From: Alphaproteobacteria bacterium
GTDB lineage: Bacteria > Pseudomonadota > Alphaproteobacteria > SP197
DNA: 64,000 nt
Direction of reading: 5' to 3'
Assembly: GCA_965204785.1 (NCBI GenBank)
Contig: OZ242015.1
Span: forward strand, 2,263,032 to 2,327,031
Shown: piece after piece, positions 37,343 to 46,952 of the stretch
Numbering within the stretch: position 1 is the first letter of the stretch
Layout of the letters: every line of letters starts with the position of its first letter
Made by a program: the position numbers and the translations under genes
The notes under the pieces: model-generated
What the model was told of the DNA's origin: nothing
The model's database searches: none
Seen by the model: only the letters and a program-made list of their open reading frames with translations

Positions 37343-38638
37343 ATGGCGGGTCCAAAGTATGTCGGTTTCGATACCCTGACCTTGCATGGCGGGCAGCAGC
37401 CCGATCCGGCGACCGGCGCGCGCGCCGTGCCGATCTATCAATCGACCTCCTATGTCTTTCCCGACACGGATTATGCCGCCGCGCTCTATAACCTGGAGCG
37501 GCCGGGCCATATCTATACGCGCATCTCGAACCCCACCGTGGCGGTATTGGAGGAACGCATCGCCGGTCTGGAAGGCGGCGTGGGCGCGGTGTGCGCGGCA
37601 AGCGGCATGGCCGCCCTGCATCTAGGCATCGTGACGCTGATGGGCCAGGGCGGGCACATCGTCTCGTCGGGCTCGCTCTACGGCGGCTCGAACTACATGT
37701 TCCAGTACACGCTGCCGCGTTTCGGCATCACAACCACGCTGGTCGACCCACGCGATCCCCAAGCCTTCAAGAAGGCTATCCGGCCCGAAACGCGGCTGGT
37801 CTATGGCGAAACCCTAGGTAATCCCGGCCTAGAGGTGATGGACATTCCCGCCATCGCCGAGATCGCCCACGAGGCCAGCCTGCCGCTGATGATCGACAAC
37901 ACCTTTGCCACACCCTACCTCTTCAAGCCGTTCGAGCATGGCGCGGACATAATCATGCATTCGGTGACCAAGTTCCTGGGCGGCCATGGCGTGGCGATCG
38001 GTGGGGCGCTGGTCGACAGCGGCCAGTTCGACTGGGAGGCCAGCGGCCAGTTCCCGACAATCACCGAACCCTATGACGGCTACCATGGTCTTGATTTCGC
38101 CGAGGAGTTCGGGCCCGGCGCCATGATCATGCGCGCGCGCGCCGAGGGTCTGCGCGATTTCGGCGCCTGCATGAGCCCGGCCAACGCCTTCCACCTGCTG
38201 CAGGGGGTTGAAACCCTGCCCCTGCGCATGAAGCGCCATGTCGAGAACGCCCAGAGGATCGCGGAGTTCCTGGCCGGCCACGAGGAGGTGGCCCATGTGA
38301 GCTATCCCGGCCTGTCCGACCATCCCGACCATGAGATCGCCAAACGCCTGATGCCAAGAGGAGTCGGCGCCATCTTCAGCTTCGAGATCAAGGGCGGGCG
38401 CAAGGCCGGTGCGAAGTTCATCGAATCCCTGCAACTCTTTTCCCATCTCGCCAACGTGGGCGACGCCAAGTCCCTGGTCATCCATCCGGCATCGACCACC
38501 CATCAGCAGGTCGACGCCGAGGAACTCAAAGCCGCGGGCATTTCCGGGGGCTTGGTGCGGCTCTCCATCGGCCTGGAAGACGCCGGCGACCTGATCGAAG
38601 ACCTCAACCGCGGCCTGCGCGCCGCCATGAAGGCCTGA
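37343..38638 (+). CDS. metY: O-acetylhomoserine aminocarboxypropyltransferase (sulfhydrylase), PLP-dependent
   Basis: [32 protein letters not shown]...[10 protein letters not shown] (PLP lysine)...RLSIGLED. 431 aa. Confidence 0.88.
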   Translation: MAGPKYVGFDTLTLHGGQQPDPATGARAVPIYQSTSYVFPDTDYAAALYNLERPGHIYTRISNPTVAVLEERIAGLEGGVGAVCAASGMAALHLGIVTLMGQGGHIVSSGSLYGGSNYMFQYTLPRFGITTTLVDPRDPQAFKKAIRPETRLVYGETLGNPGLEVMDIPAIAEIAHEASLPLMIDNTFATPYLFKPFEHGADIIMHSVTKFLGGHGVAIGGALVDSGQFDWEASGQFPTITEPYDGYHGLDFAEEFGPGAMIMRARAEGLRDFGACMSPANAFHLLQGVETLPLRMKRHVENAQRIAEFLAGHEEVAHVSYPGLSDHPDHEIAKRLMPRGVGAIFSFEIKGGRKAGAKFIESLQLFSHLANVGDAKSLVIHPASTTHQQVDAEELKAAGISGGLVRLSIGLEDAGDLIEDLNRGLRAAMKA

Positions 38639-38642
38639 ACCC

Positions 38643-39440
38643 ATGGCGCTGGAACTCACCGTAGACGGACACAAGGTTTTCGCCGCGACCGGCGGCAAGG
38701 ACTTCGACCACGACCTGCCGACGCTGGTCTTCATCCACGGCGCCTCCATGAACCGGACCGTGTGGTCGGCCCAGGCGCGGTACTTCGCCCATCACGGCCA
38801 CGGCGTGCTGGCCGTCGATCTGCCCGGTCACGGCAATTCCGAAGGCGATCTGCTGCCCTTGATCGGGGACATCGCCGACTGGATCGTCCGCATGTTGGAT
38901 GCCGCGGACGTGAAAAAGGCGGCGCTGATCGGCCATTCCATGGGATCGCTGCCGGTTCTGGATGCCGCGGCGCGGTATCCCGACCAGGTCGAGCGCGTCG
39001 TCATGCTAGGGGTTTCCGTGCCGATGGCCGTGGCTAATGCGCTGCTGGAAAACGCCCAGGCAAACAATCCGGCCGCCTACGACATGGTCAACATCTGGGG
39101 TCACAGTAAGATCGCTCAGATCGGCGGCAACACGGCGCCGGGCATCTGGCGCACCGGCGGCGGACTGCGTCTGCTCGAGCGCAGCGGCGACGGCGTGCTC
39201 TATAACGACATGAAGGCCTGCAACGACTACACGACCGGGCTGGAAGCCGCCGCCAAGGTGACTTGCCCGGCGACGCTGATCCTGGGCGACGGGGATATGA
39301 TGACTCCGCCACGGCGCGCCAAGGATCTGATGGAAGTCCTGCCTGACGCGCACATGATCGTCTTGAAGGATTGCGGGCACATGATGATGTCCGAACAGCC
39401 CAACGAGACCCTGGACGCCCTGATAGAGACCCTGGCCTGA
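38643..39440 (+). CDS. Alpha/beta-fold hydrolase
   Basis: LVFIHGASMNRTVW...DLPGHGNSEG...LIGHSMGS nucleophile elbow...CGHMMM. Begins 4 nt after the metY stop. Confidence 0.8.
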   Translation: MALELTVDGHKVFAATGGKDFDHDLPTLVFIHGASMNRTVWSAQARYFAHHGHGVLAVDLPGHGNSEGDLLPLIGDIADWIVRMLDAADVKKAALIGHSMGSLPVLDAAARYPDQVERVVMLGVSVPMAVANALLENAQANNPAAYDMVNIWGHSKIAQIGGNTAPGIWRTGGGLRLLERSGDGVLYNDMKACNDYTTGLEAAAKVTCPATLILGDGDMMTPPRRAKDLMEVLPDAHMIVLKDCGHMMMSEQPNETLDALIETLA

Positions 39441-39537
39441 TCCGGAACCGCTTGACCGTGGCGCTGAACGGCCTTGTGATCGCCTTTCCGGCGCCGGTTC
39501 TGCTACCCTTGCCGGCGGACTGACGGGAACAGAAACC

Positions 39538-39753
39538 ATGGGCATTGCGGCGGTCGTCTTCCTGACCCTGGGAATCCTGCTGATCGGGTTCGGTATCCTG
39601 TCGCTGGGCAATGTCTTCAACAGCGGGCTCACCCAGCACCAGCGCGACAACGCCGATCTCTCCGATCCACGCTTTCAGATGAGCATGGTGCGCATCATCC
39701 TGATGGGCGGGGTGCTGATGGTGATCGGAATCATCTGCGGCGCGCTGGCTTGA
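39538..39753 (+). CDS. Small two-TM membrane protein (71 aa)
   Basis: MGIAAVVFLTLGILLIGFGILSLGNVF...MVRIILMGGVLMVIGIICGALA. A paralogue lies at 40614..40873. Confidence 0.5.
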   Translation: MGIAAVVFLTLGILLIGFGILSLGNVFNSGLTQHQRDNADLSDPRFQMSMVRIILMGGVLMVIGIICGALA

Positions 39754-39833
39754 GTTCCTGCAGCACTATCAATAGAAAAGAAGCAAACTGACGGATGGCT
39801 CAGAGAATCTAAACAGCGGCGCCGAACTGGAGT

Positions 39834-40484
39834 TTGGTTACTGGTGGTTACTGGGTAATGAGAGGACTGGGGTAGCCAATCCGATTTCTGCTTGCCTTCG
39901 TCGAAGTGCCCTTCGTGGACGTGCGTTACGGACTGACCAGGGATGGAAGCGTCCACGACGATGAAGATCGCGATTGGGAACGGGTGAAAAATGACCTGCA
40001 ACTAACCCTTTCCCAATCTCCCCTACTTCATCGACAAGAGCGGCCCTGCCGAGGTGCGGCTGACCCAAGGCAATGCGATCATGCGTTATCTTGCGCGCCG
40101 CTTCGATCTCTACGGCGACACGCACGCCGAGCGTGATGCCATCGACGTGCTGCAGGACGAGGCGTACGATTCCCGCAACCAGATTACCAAGACCGCCTAT
40201 ACCCTGGGAGACGCCTATCCGGGCGCATTTGCCGAGTTCGGAGCTATTGCCGTGCCGCGCTTATCTGGACGGCTTCGAGCCTTATCCCGATGTCTGGGGC
40301 AACCACGACCATATTTGTTGGTGAGCGGACCTGCGTGGTTGACTTCATCCTCTGCGAGTTGCTCTGGCAGGCAAGCCTGACGGTTCCGGGCTCAATCACT
40401 GAATCGAATCACCCTCGGCTTTTCCCGTTCATCAGTGCTTTCCCGAAAATCCGACAGATTTCGGCTTACATGGCCGGTCGGTAA
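39834..40484 (+). pseudogene. Mu-class-like glutathione S-transferase gene with one nonsense codon and at least 3 frameshifts
   Basis: Joined frames read (L)VTGGYWVMRGLG*PIRFLLAFVEVPFVDVRYG...DRDWERVKNDLQL / FPNLPYFIDKSGPAEVRLTQGNAIMRYLARRFDLYGDTHAERDAIDVLQDEAYD... / FVGERTCVVDFILCELL...FPKIRQISAYMAGR. Compare the remembered human GSTM1: ILGYWDIRGLAHAIRLLLEY...[49 protein letters not shown]...FVDFLVYDVL...LEKISAYMKS. TAG at 39873-75. Confidence 0.75.
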
Positions 40485-40613
40485 GACTGGATCGGGCGCA
40501 ACGGCATCAAACGCCACCACGGCGGCATGCATCTCGCCTCACCCGGCCCCTCTGGCGCTGGGATGATGCTACGGGTGTGTCCATGCTCATCTGATCGTCC
40601 TAATACCTGCAGA

Positions 40614-40873
40614 ATGGTTTTCTGGGTCGCCATGGTCTTTGTGTTCGTGAGTCTGATGCTGATTGCCATCGGACTCATCATGTCGATGGGTCTGATGGCC
40701 ACCGGTCAGGTCTTTGGTGCGGGCCGCTCCGAAGAGATGCAGCGCAATACCGACAGCACCCACACCAGGGTGCTGTCGGTATTGTCAAAGTGCTGCTGAC
40801 CGACCTCGTGCTGACCGCCATCGGTTTCGGCATCATGGCGCTGGGCGGGGCCTATGATCGGGCCATGCTCTAA
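40614..40873 (+). pseudogene. Paralogue of the 39538 small membrane protein, apparently frameshifted between its two TM segments
   Basis: Frame a: MVFWVAMVFVFVSLMLIAIGLIMSMGLMATGQVFGAGRSEEMQRNTDSTHTRVLSV.. (stop at 40799). Frame b: IVKVLLTDLVLTAIGFGIMALGGAYDRAML, stop at 40871-73. Confidence 0.4.
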
Positions 40874-42600
40874 CCACCCGCCACAATCACCGCCATTGCG
40901 CCGGCCAGGGGAAGTTCCTGGCACATGTAGAAGTCGGCGCTTTCGCGTTTGGCGTTGAGCCATACGGGATCACCCCGGCCGGCGTCCAGCCTGATCTTTG
41001 CGCCCATCGCCTGGCGCAGCATCTGCCAGGCGCCGGTGACGGTGCCGAAGAGGCGCTGGTAGGTGGTTGCCTGAGCCAACACGCGATCGGGGTTTTCGGC
41101 CATGGTGGCGACGACCCAGTCGGTTGCAATGCGCAGGTGTTCCAGCCCGGCAGCGACTGAGTCTGCCAGGCCCGTGTCCCCGGCTGCTGCGATGTCGGCG
41201 TCGATCAGGGCGAAGAGTGCGCCCGCCACCGCGCCGCCGTCACGGCCAATCTTGCGGCCGACGAGGTCGATGGCCTGGATGCCGTTGGTGCCTTCGTAGA
41301 TGGGCAGAATGCGCGCGTCACGATAATGCTGAGCCGCGCCGGTCTCCTCGATGAAGCCCATGCCGCCGTGCATCTGCACGCCCTCGGAGGCAAGCTGCAC
41401 ACTACCATCGGTTGCCCAGGACTTCACGACCGGGGTCATGAGATCGAAGAGGCCGCGGTTGCGCGTCGCCTCTTGGCTGTCGGTTTCACGCACGGCACGG
41501 TCGAAACACCCGGCGGTCCAGTAGACCAGACCGCGCGCGGCTTCCGTGCGAGCGGTCATCCACGCCAGGGTTCGCGCGACATCAGGGTGTTGGTCGATGG
41601 TGACCTCCTCGCCGCCGCGCCGACCCTGGACGCGCTCGGCGGCATAGGTGCGGGCACCCTGTAGCGCACGCTCGCCAATAGCCAGGCCCTGCAGGCCCAC
41701 GGCGATGCGCGCGTTGTTCATCATGGTGAACATGCAGGAAAGGCCCTTGTTCTCCTCACCGACCAGATAACCTGTCGCACCGCCGTTGTCGCCATAGGCC
41801 ATGACACAGGTCGGGCTCGCCTTGATGCCGAGTTTCTTTTCCAGCGAGACGACCCGCAGGTCGTTGCGCTCGCCCGGCGAGCCGTCGGCGCGGAGCAGAT
41901 ACTTCGGCACGATGAAGAGCGAAATACCCTTCACACCGGGCGGCGCATCGGGCAGGCGCGCCAGCACCAGATGCACGATGTTCTCCGTCAGCTCATGTTC
42001 GCCATAGGTGATGAAGATCTTCTGGCCGGTGATGCGGTAGGTGTCGTCCTCGGCGCGTTCCGCGCGGGTCTTCAGGCGCGCCAGGTCGGTCCCGGCCTGC
42101 GGCTCGGTGAGATTCATGGTGCCCGACCAGGCGCCCGCGATCATGTTGGGCAGATAGGTCTCTTTCTGCTCTGGCGTGCCGTGATGGAGGATGGCCTCGA
42201 TCGCGCCCTTGGTGAGCAGCGTGACGAGCGAGAGCCCCATGTTGGCTGCTTCGAACATCTCCGAGACCGCTAGCGACAGTGTCCAGGGAAGATCCTGCCC
42301 GCCGAACTCTCCCGGAAAGGAGAGTCCGACCCAACCGCCTTCCGCACAGACGCCATAAGCTTCCGCAAACCCATCGGGCAGGCGCACCACGCCGTTTTCG
42401 AGCTTCGCGCCCTGGAGATCACCCGGATGGTTGAGGGGTGCGAGCACTTCGTCGGCCACGCGTCCGGCCTCACTCAGCATGACCTCCACGAGCTCGGCAT
42501 CGGCTGCGTCCTCGCCCCAAAGGGATGCGAGTTCGTCGTAGCCAGCCTGGGCTTCCAGCGAAAACCGGATGTCGTCTACGGGTGCGGCGTACGTGGTCAT
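40870..42600 (-). CDS. Acyl-CoA dehydrogenase (long, ~576-aa form with C-terminal extension)
   Basis: ATG at 42600 (MTTYAAPVDDIRFSL...). ...GWVGLSFPGEFGGQDLPW...NLTEPQAGTDLA...QMHGGMGFIEETGAAQHYRDARILPIYEGTNGIQA. Confidence 0.88.
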   Translation of the reverse strand: MTTYAAPVDDIRFSLEAQAGYDELASLWGEDAADAELVEVMLSEAGRVADEVLAPLNHPGDLQGAKLENGVVRLPDGFAEAYGVCAEGGWVGLSFPGEFGGQDLPWTLSLAVSEMFEAANMGLSLVTLLTKGAIEAILHHGTPEQKETYLPNMIAGAWSGTMNLTEPQAGTDLARLKTRAERAEDDTYRITGQKIFITYGEHELTENIVHLVLARLPDAPPGVKGISLFIVPKYLLRADGSPGERNDLRVVSLEKKLGIKASPTCVMAYGDNGGATGYLVGEENKGLSCMFTMMNNARIAVGLQGLAIGERALQGARTYAAERVQGRRGGEEVTIDQHPDVARTLAWMTARTEAARGLVYWTAGCFDRAVRETDSQEATRNRGLFDLMTPVVKSWATDGSVQLASEGVQMHGGMGFIEETGAAQHYRDARILPIYEGTNGIQAIDLVGRKIGRDGGAVAGALFALIDADIAAAGDTGLADSVAAGLEHLRIATDWVVATMAENPDRVLAQATTYQRLFGTVTGAWQMLRQAMGAKIRLDAGRGDPVWLNAKRESADFYMCQELPLAGAMAVIVAGG

Positions 42601-42738
42601 GGCGGTCAACCAGTTAAACGAGGTGGAAGGGAGAGCCTCGCACACACGGCACCCCGACTGCCAGCCCCGATGCATCGATATGGCCCGGAAGCGCAAAATC
42701 GACTATCACGGGCGTCTTGCATCAAGCGGACTTTGCCT

Positions 42739-42984
42739 ATGAGCGACGACAAGACCGGCAGCGCCCACACCGAGCTTGCCAACCGGTTCGTCGAACATGC
42801 CAACGGCATGCTCGAAGCCGGCGGGGATGCCGAAGCCATCGGCCTAGCGATGACCCACGCGGCGGCCAACTTCACCGCCTTTGCAGCGGTTCTGAACGAA
42901 GGATCGCACAAGGAACTCGACAATGTCGCCGACGAGTACCACCGCCTGCTGCACGCCTATTTCGACAGCCGCAGCGGTGCCTGA
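42739..42984 (+). CDS. DUF3144-like small protein (81 aa)
   Basis: MSDDKTGSAHTELANRFVEHANGMLEAGGDAEAIGLAMTHAAANFTAFAAV... resembles the DUF3144 pattern as I remember it. Confidence 0.55.
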   Translation: MSDDKTGSAHTELANRFVEHANGMLEAGGDAEAIGLAMTHAAANFTAFAAVLNEGSHKELDNVADEYHRLLHAYFDSRSGA

Positions 42985-43546
42985 GTCCCCATCCGTTGCT
43001 CCGGCAGTTCTGCGGCACAGAGCGTTGGCCGGGTTCGGGCTGTCGCTGGCCGCCTGCTTCACGCTCGATTTTTCCGACGGCCTTGCCAAGCTGATGACCG
43101 GGGATCTGCCTATCCTGGAGATCGTCGCGGCGCAGTATCTCGTCAATCTGATCCTGGCGGCGGTGCTCTTGGGACGCGAACGCCTGCGGCGCCTCACAAA
43201 ACTTCCCGACCTGCGGCTGCTGATCGTGCGCTCGCTGTGCCTTCTGATCGGCAATGTCTGTTTCATGGCAGCGGTGAAGGTCATGGAATTGGCCGATGTC
43301 ATCGTGATCGGATTTGTCGCGCAGCTCATGATCATCCGCGCCTATGCCCTGGCGCCTGCCTCTCTTCTGGCACCGTTCCAATATCTTGAAATCCTGGGTG
43401 CGGTTGCCGTCGACTATCTGCTGTTCGCCGACCTGCCCGATCTCTGGACCGTTGCCGGCATCGCCCTGATCGTCGTCACCAGCCTGACGATCGCATGGTG
43501 GGAAGCGCGTTCCCCCCACCATCACCACGAGGATTTCCGGACGTGA
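42977..43546 (+). pseudogene. DMT/EamA transporter paralogue with an in-frame internal deletion of ~100 codons; start uncertain (GTG 42977?)
   Basis: About 6 TM segments only. The sequence jumps from ...VKVMELADVIVIGFV to AQLMIIRAYALAPASLLAPFQYLEIL. The equivalent positions in the downstream paralogue are ~100 residues apart. Confidence 0.45.
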
Positions 43547-44475
43547 TCGCCGTTCGCCCGGTTCTTGAGCCCCCGGTATCGCGGCACCGCAACGCCCCGG
43601 TCACCGCGATCGGGCTCTGGATGGTCGCCGCGCTGCTGTTCGTGTCGCAATCTGCGATCCTGAAGTGGCTGGCTGACGACTATCATTTCTCCGAGATTCT
43701 GTTCGCCCGCTCCATCGTGGTCGTCTTGGGAACCATGATCCTGCTTGGCCGCGGCGATGGGCTGCGCGCACCGTTCCGCACGCGGAAATTCCGCCTGCAC
43801 CTCATGCGGTTCTTCTGCTTCACGGTTGCCCTTGCGTCGTTCATCCAGGCCGTGCGCGTGATCCCGCTTGCCGACGCCACTGCCGTCAGCTTCGCCGCAC
43901 CGCTCTTCATGACCGCGCTCAGCGTGCCCCTGCTGGGCGAAAAGGTCGGCATCCGGCGTTGGAGCGCCATCATGGTGGGCTTTGGCGGCGTCCTGGTGAT
44001 CGCCAATCCCTCGACCGGCATCTTCGAGATGGCCGCACTCTGGGCGCTTCTTTCGGCCCTGGGCTATGCCTTCGCCATCATCGTGACCCGTATCGTCACC
44101 AAAACCGACCAGACCGTGGTCATCGTGTTCTGGCTCAATGCGCTTTATGTCATCACCATGCCCGCCTTCGCGCCGTTCTTCTGGGTTCTGCCGACATGGA
44201 CGGATATCGGACTGATGATCGGCTGCGGCCTGGTCGTGCTGATCGCGCAACTCATTGCCGTACAGGCCTGCACGCTGGCTCCGCCGCAGGTGCTCGCACC
44301 CTTCGACTACACTGCCATGATCTGGGCGACGCTACTGGGCTTCCTCGTATGGGGCGATCTGCCGAACTGGACCGTGGTGAGTGGCGCCGCAGTCCTGATC
44401 GCCAGCGGCATCTACATCCTGCTGCGCGAAGCACGTCTGCAGAGAGAGGTTCAGGCTTCCAGCAGCGAGTCGTAG
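43543..44475 (+). CDS. DMT superfamily (EamA) transporter, full length (~310 aa)
   Basis: The GTG at 43543 overlaps the upstream stop (GTGA). Ten hydrophobic segments in two EamA halves (...IPLADATAVSFAAPLFMTALSVPLLGEKV... and ...LAPPQVLAPFDYTAMIWATLLGFLVWGDLP...). Confidence 0.8.
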   Translation: MIAVRPVLEPPVSRHRNAPVTAIGLWMVAALLFVSQSAILKWLADDYHFSEILFARSIVVVLGTMILLGRGDGLRAPFRTRKFRLHLMRFFCFTVALASFIQAVRVIPLADATAVSFAAPLFMTALSVPLLGEKVGIRRWSAIMVGFGGVLVIANPSTGIFEMAALWALLSALGYAFAIIVTRIVTKTDQTVVIVFWLNALYVITMPAFAPFFWVLPTWTDIGLMIGCGLVVLIAQLIAVQACTLAPPQVLAPFDYTAMIWATLLGFLVWGDLPNWTVVSGAAVLIASGIYILLREARLQREVQASSSES

Positions 44476-45980
44476 AAGGGCTCGGCAGACGCAGTTTCGA
44501 TGAGCCTTCCCCGTTCGATGACGAAAAACCGGTTGGCGACCCCGTCGACGAAGCGGCGGTCGTGGCTGACCATCACGCAGGTGAGGTCGCGGGTCAGCAC
44601 CTCGTCTTCCAGCCGCTCGCGCCCATCGACATCGAGGTGATTGGTCGGCTCGTCGAGTATAAGCAGATTGGGTTCCTCGAACTTCAGCAGCAGGAACAGC
44701 AGCCGTGCACGCTCTCCGCCTGAGAGCGTGCCGATGATGCGTGTCTGCTCGACATGGGGAAAGCCGGCGTTGATGAGTTCCGAGCGTACACGAAGGTCCG
44801 GCACCGGAAAACGGCCTGCGAAGAAGCGGAACATGGGCTGGTCGTCGGGCAGGCGCGAGAGATCCTGATCGAAGTAGCTGGCCAGAACCTGCGGATTGAA
44901 ATAAACTTCCGCCTTTTCGGCGATGCGGTCGCCGTGGTTTTCGTATTCGGCCGTCAGGCAGCGCAGAAAGGTGGACTTGCCCGAACCGTTCGCACCCAGA
45001 ATGACCGCGCAATCGCCGCGCGCCAAGGTCAGCCGCTCAATAGTGAAGAGATGTTTGCCGTCGGGCGCATCGATGGAGCACTGGTTGCAGCGCACCAGGA
45101 TGTTGGCCTGCGCCTCGCTTTCGCGCAGTTCCAGACGGCGCCTATCCTCAGGCGCGACATAGGTCACTTCCGCCTTCTTCTTCTCGATGCGTTTTTCGAT
45201 GCTCCGTGCGCGCCTGGAGAACTTCTCGTTGTCCCACTGCTTGCCCCACAGCGCGAGCCGTTTGGCGCTGCGGCCCAACCGCTTGATTTCGGCTTCCTCG
45301 GCCTCGCGCGCACGGGCCGCTGCCAGGTCGTGCTCCACGAGAAGCTGGCGCGCGCGGGTGTAGCTGCCGGGAAAGTCGAACAGCACGGCATCGCGCAGGA
45401 ACATGGTGCGGTTGGTGCAGCGGTCGAGCACCTCGCGGTCGTGGCTCACCATGATCAGCGGGCCGCGCATCCCTTCTTCCAGCCAGCGTTCCAGATGCAG
45501 GATCTTGGCAAGGTCGAGATGGTTGGTCGGCTCATCGAGCAGCAGCAGATCGGGTTCGGGCAGGCGCGCGCGGGCAATCAGCGCCAGGCGTTGCCAGCCG
45601 CCCGATAGCTTGGCGACAGGCCGGTCGTGAAATTCGTATGGAAAGGCGAGCGAAGCCAGTACCACGTCAACCTTCCACAAATCCGTATCGCGCAAGGCTT
45701 CCGGCAGGGCGTCGAGCAGCGCATCCCGCAGAGAGAAATCGAGAAGGGCCGTCGGCATCTCCTGCTCGGACACGCCGACGGTCAGGCTCCGGCGCAGGGC
45801 GAGATCACCGGCGTCGATGTCATGACGGCCGGCCAGTGCGGCCAATAGGGTCGATTTACCGCTGCCGTTTGCGCCGACCAGGCCGATACGGTCGTTTTCG
45901 CCCACGGCAAAACCGGCATCGCGCACAAGTGGCACGACGCCGTGAGAAACCGTCAGTTGGGAGGCGATGAGAAGCGACAT
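44451..45980 (-). CDS. ABC-F family ATPase (two ABC domains, no TM domain)
   Basis: Walker A GANGSGKST twice; signatures LSGGWQRL and LSGGERARL; Walker B LLLLDEPTNHLD and LLILDEPTNHLD; charged inter-domain linker. Start taken as the ATG at 45980 (MSLLIASQL); 46010 is possible. Confidence 0.88.
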   Translation of the reverse strand: MSLLIASQLTVSHGVVPLVRDAGFAVGENDRIGLVGANGSGKSTLLAALAGRHDIDAGDLALRRSLTVGVSEQEMPTALLDFSLRDALLDALPEALRDTDLWKVDVVLASLAFPYEFHDRPVAKLSGGWQRLALIARARLPEPDLLLLDEPTNHLDLAKILHLERWLEEGMRGPLIMVSHDREVLDRCTNRTMFLRDAVLFDFPGSYTRARQLLVEHDLAAARAREAEEAEIKRLGRSAKRLALWGKQWDNEKFSRRARSIEKRIEKKKAEVTYVAPEDRRRLELRESEAQANILVRCNQCSIDAPDGKHLFTIERLTLARGDCAVILGANGSGKSTFLRCLTAEYENHGDRIAEKAEVYFNPQVLASYFDQDLSRLPDDQPMFRFFAGRFPVPDLRVRSELINAGFPHVEQTRIIGTLSGGERARLLFLLLKFEEPNLLILDEPTNHLDVDGRERLEDEVLTRDLTCVMVSHDRRFVDGVANRFFVIERGRLIETASAEPFYDSLLEA

Positions 45981-46093
45981 GACCCGTTCGATTTTCTGGC
46001 CGGGCTTCATAACGGCTATTGGTCAAGAGGTCGATGCCGTGGCGCCGGGGATGCGGGATAGGTATGGTTCGCCCGCAACCCGAGGAGCCAGCC

Positions 46094-46876
46094 ATGAGCT
46101 ACCGTGTCCACACCCACATCAACGGACGTATCTTCGAAGTCACGCTCGACAACCCCAAGGCCAACGCCATCGGCGCGGAGGTGAGCCGCGCGATGAACGA
46201 AGCCTTCATCCGGTTCCGTGACGATCCCGAACTGTGGGTCGCGATCCTGACCGGTGCCGGCGACCGTTTCTTCTGCACGGGCTGGGATCTCAACGACGGA
46301 GCCGAAGACGAACCCGATAAGGATTTCGGACCGTTCGGTTTCGGCGGCGTGTCGGGCATGTACGATCTCAACAAGCCGGTCATCATGGCGATCAATGGCT
46401 ACTGCGTTGCGGGCGGGTTCGAACTGGCACTTTCGGGTGACCTGATGGTGGCTTCCGAGAACGCCGAATTCTTCCTCTCTGAGGTCAATGTGGGTTTGAC
46501 CACTTCGGGGGCGAGCATTTCGCGCCTGATGGCGCGCTTGCCCCGGCACATCGCCATGCAGCTGCTGCTGACCGGACGGCGCATGAAGGCCCAGGAGGCG
46601 TTCGACCTTCATCTCGTCAACCGCGTCGTGCCCCAGGGTCAGGCCCTGGCCGCGGCACGGGAATTCGCCGAACAGATCGCCGCAGCCGCACCGCTTTCGG
46701 TGCAGGCCGAAAAGCAGATGGTCAACCTGGTCGGCGACCTGCCGCCCCACGAGGCCGACAAGCTGGAGAAGGCCGGCGGGCTGACGGCCAAGGCGCGTGT
46801 TTATGAATCGTCCGATTCCAAGGAAGGCGCGCGCGCCTTCATCGAGAAACGCAAGCCGGTGTGGACAGGTCGTTAG
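46094..46876 (+). CDS. Enoyl-CoA hydratase/isomerase (crotonase) family, CaiD-like
   Basis: GAGGAG then ATG at 46094. MSYRVHTHINGRIFEVTLDNPKANAI...LTGAGDRFFCTGWDL...INGYCVAGGFELALSGD. Confidence 0.88.
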   Translation: MSYRVHTHINGRIFEVTLDNPKANAIGAEVSRAMNEAFIRFRDDPELWVAILTGAGDRFFCTGWDLNDGAEDEPDKDFGPFGFGGVSGMYDLNKPVIMAINGYCVAGGFELALSGDLMVASENAEFFLSEVNVGLTTSGASISRLMARLPRHIAMQLLLTGRRMKAQEAFDLHLVNRVVPQGQALAAAREFAEQIAAAAPLSVQAEKQMVNLVGDLPPHEADKLEKAGGLTAKARVYESSDSKEGARAFIEKRKPVWTGR

Positions 46877-46952
46877 GGTGGGTTTGCTCCTTCCCCTGGG
46901 CGCGCCTATATGAAAATGGCAGGATGAAGAAGCCGATTGCGGGAGAAATGAG

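Noticed and set aside
35905-37491. 528-aa plus-strand ORF
   Set aside because: It is antisense to the 3-hydroxyacyl-CoA dehydrogenase gene and runs into the metY leader. Composition is Arg/His/Gly-rich shadow.
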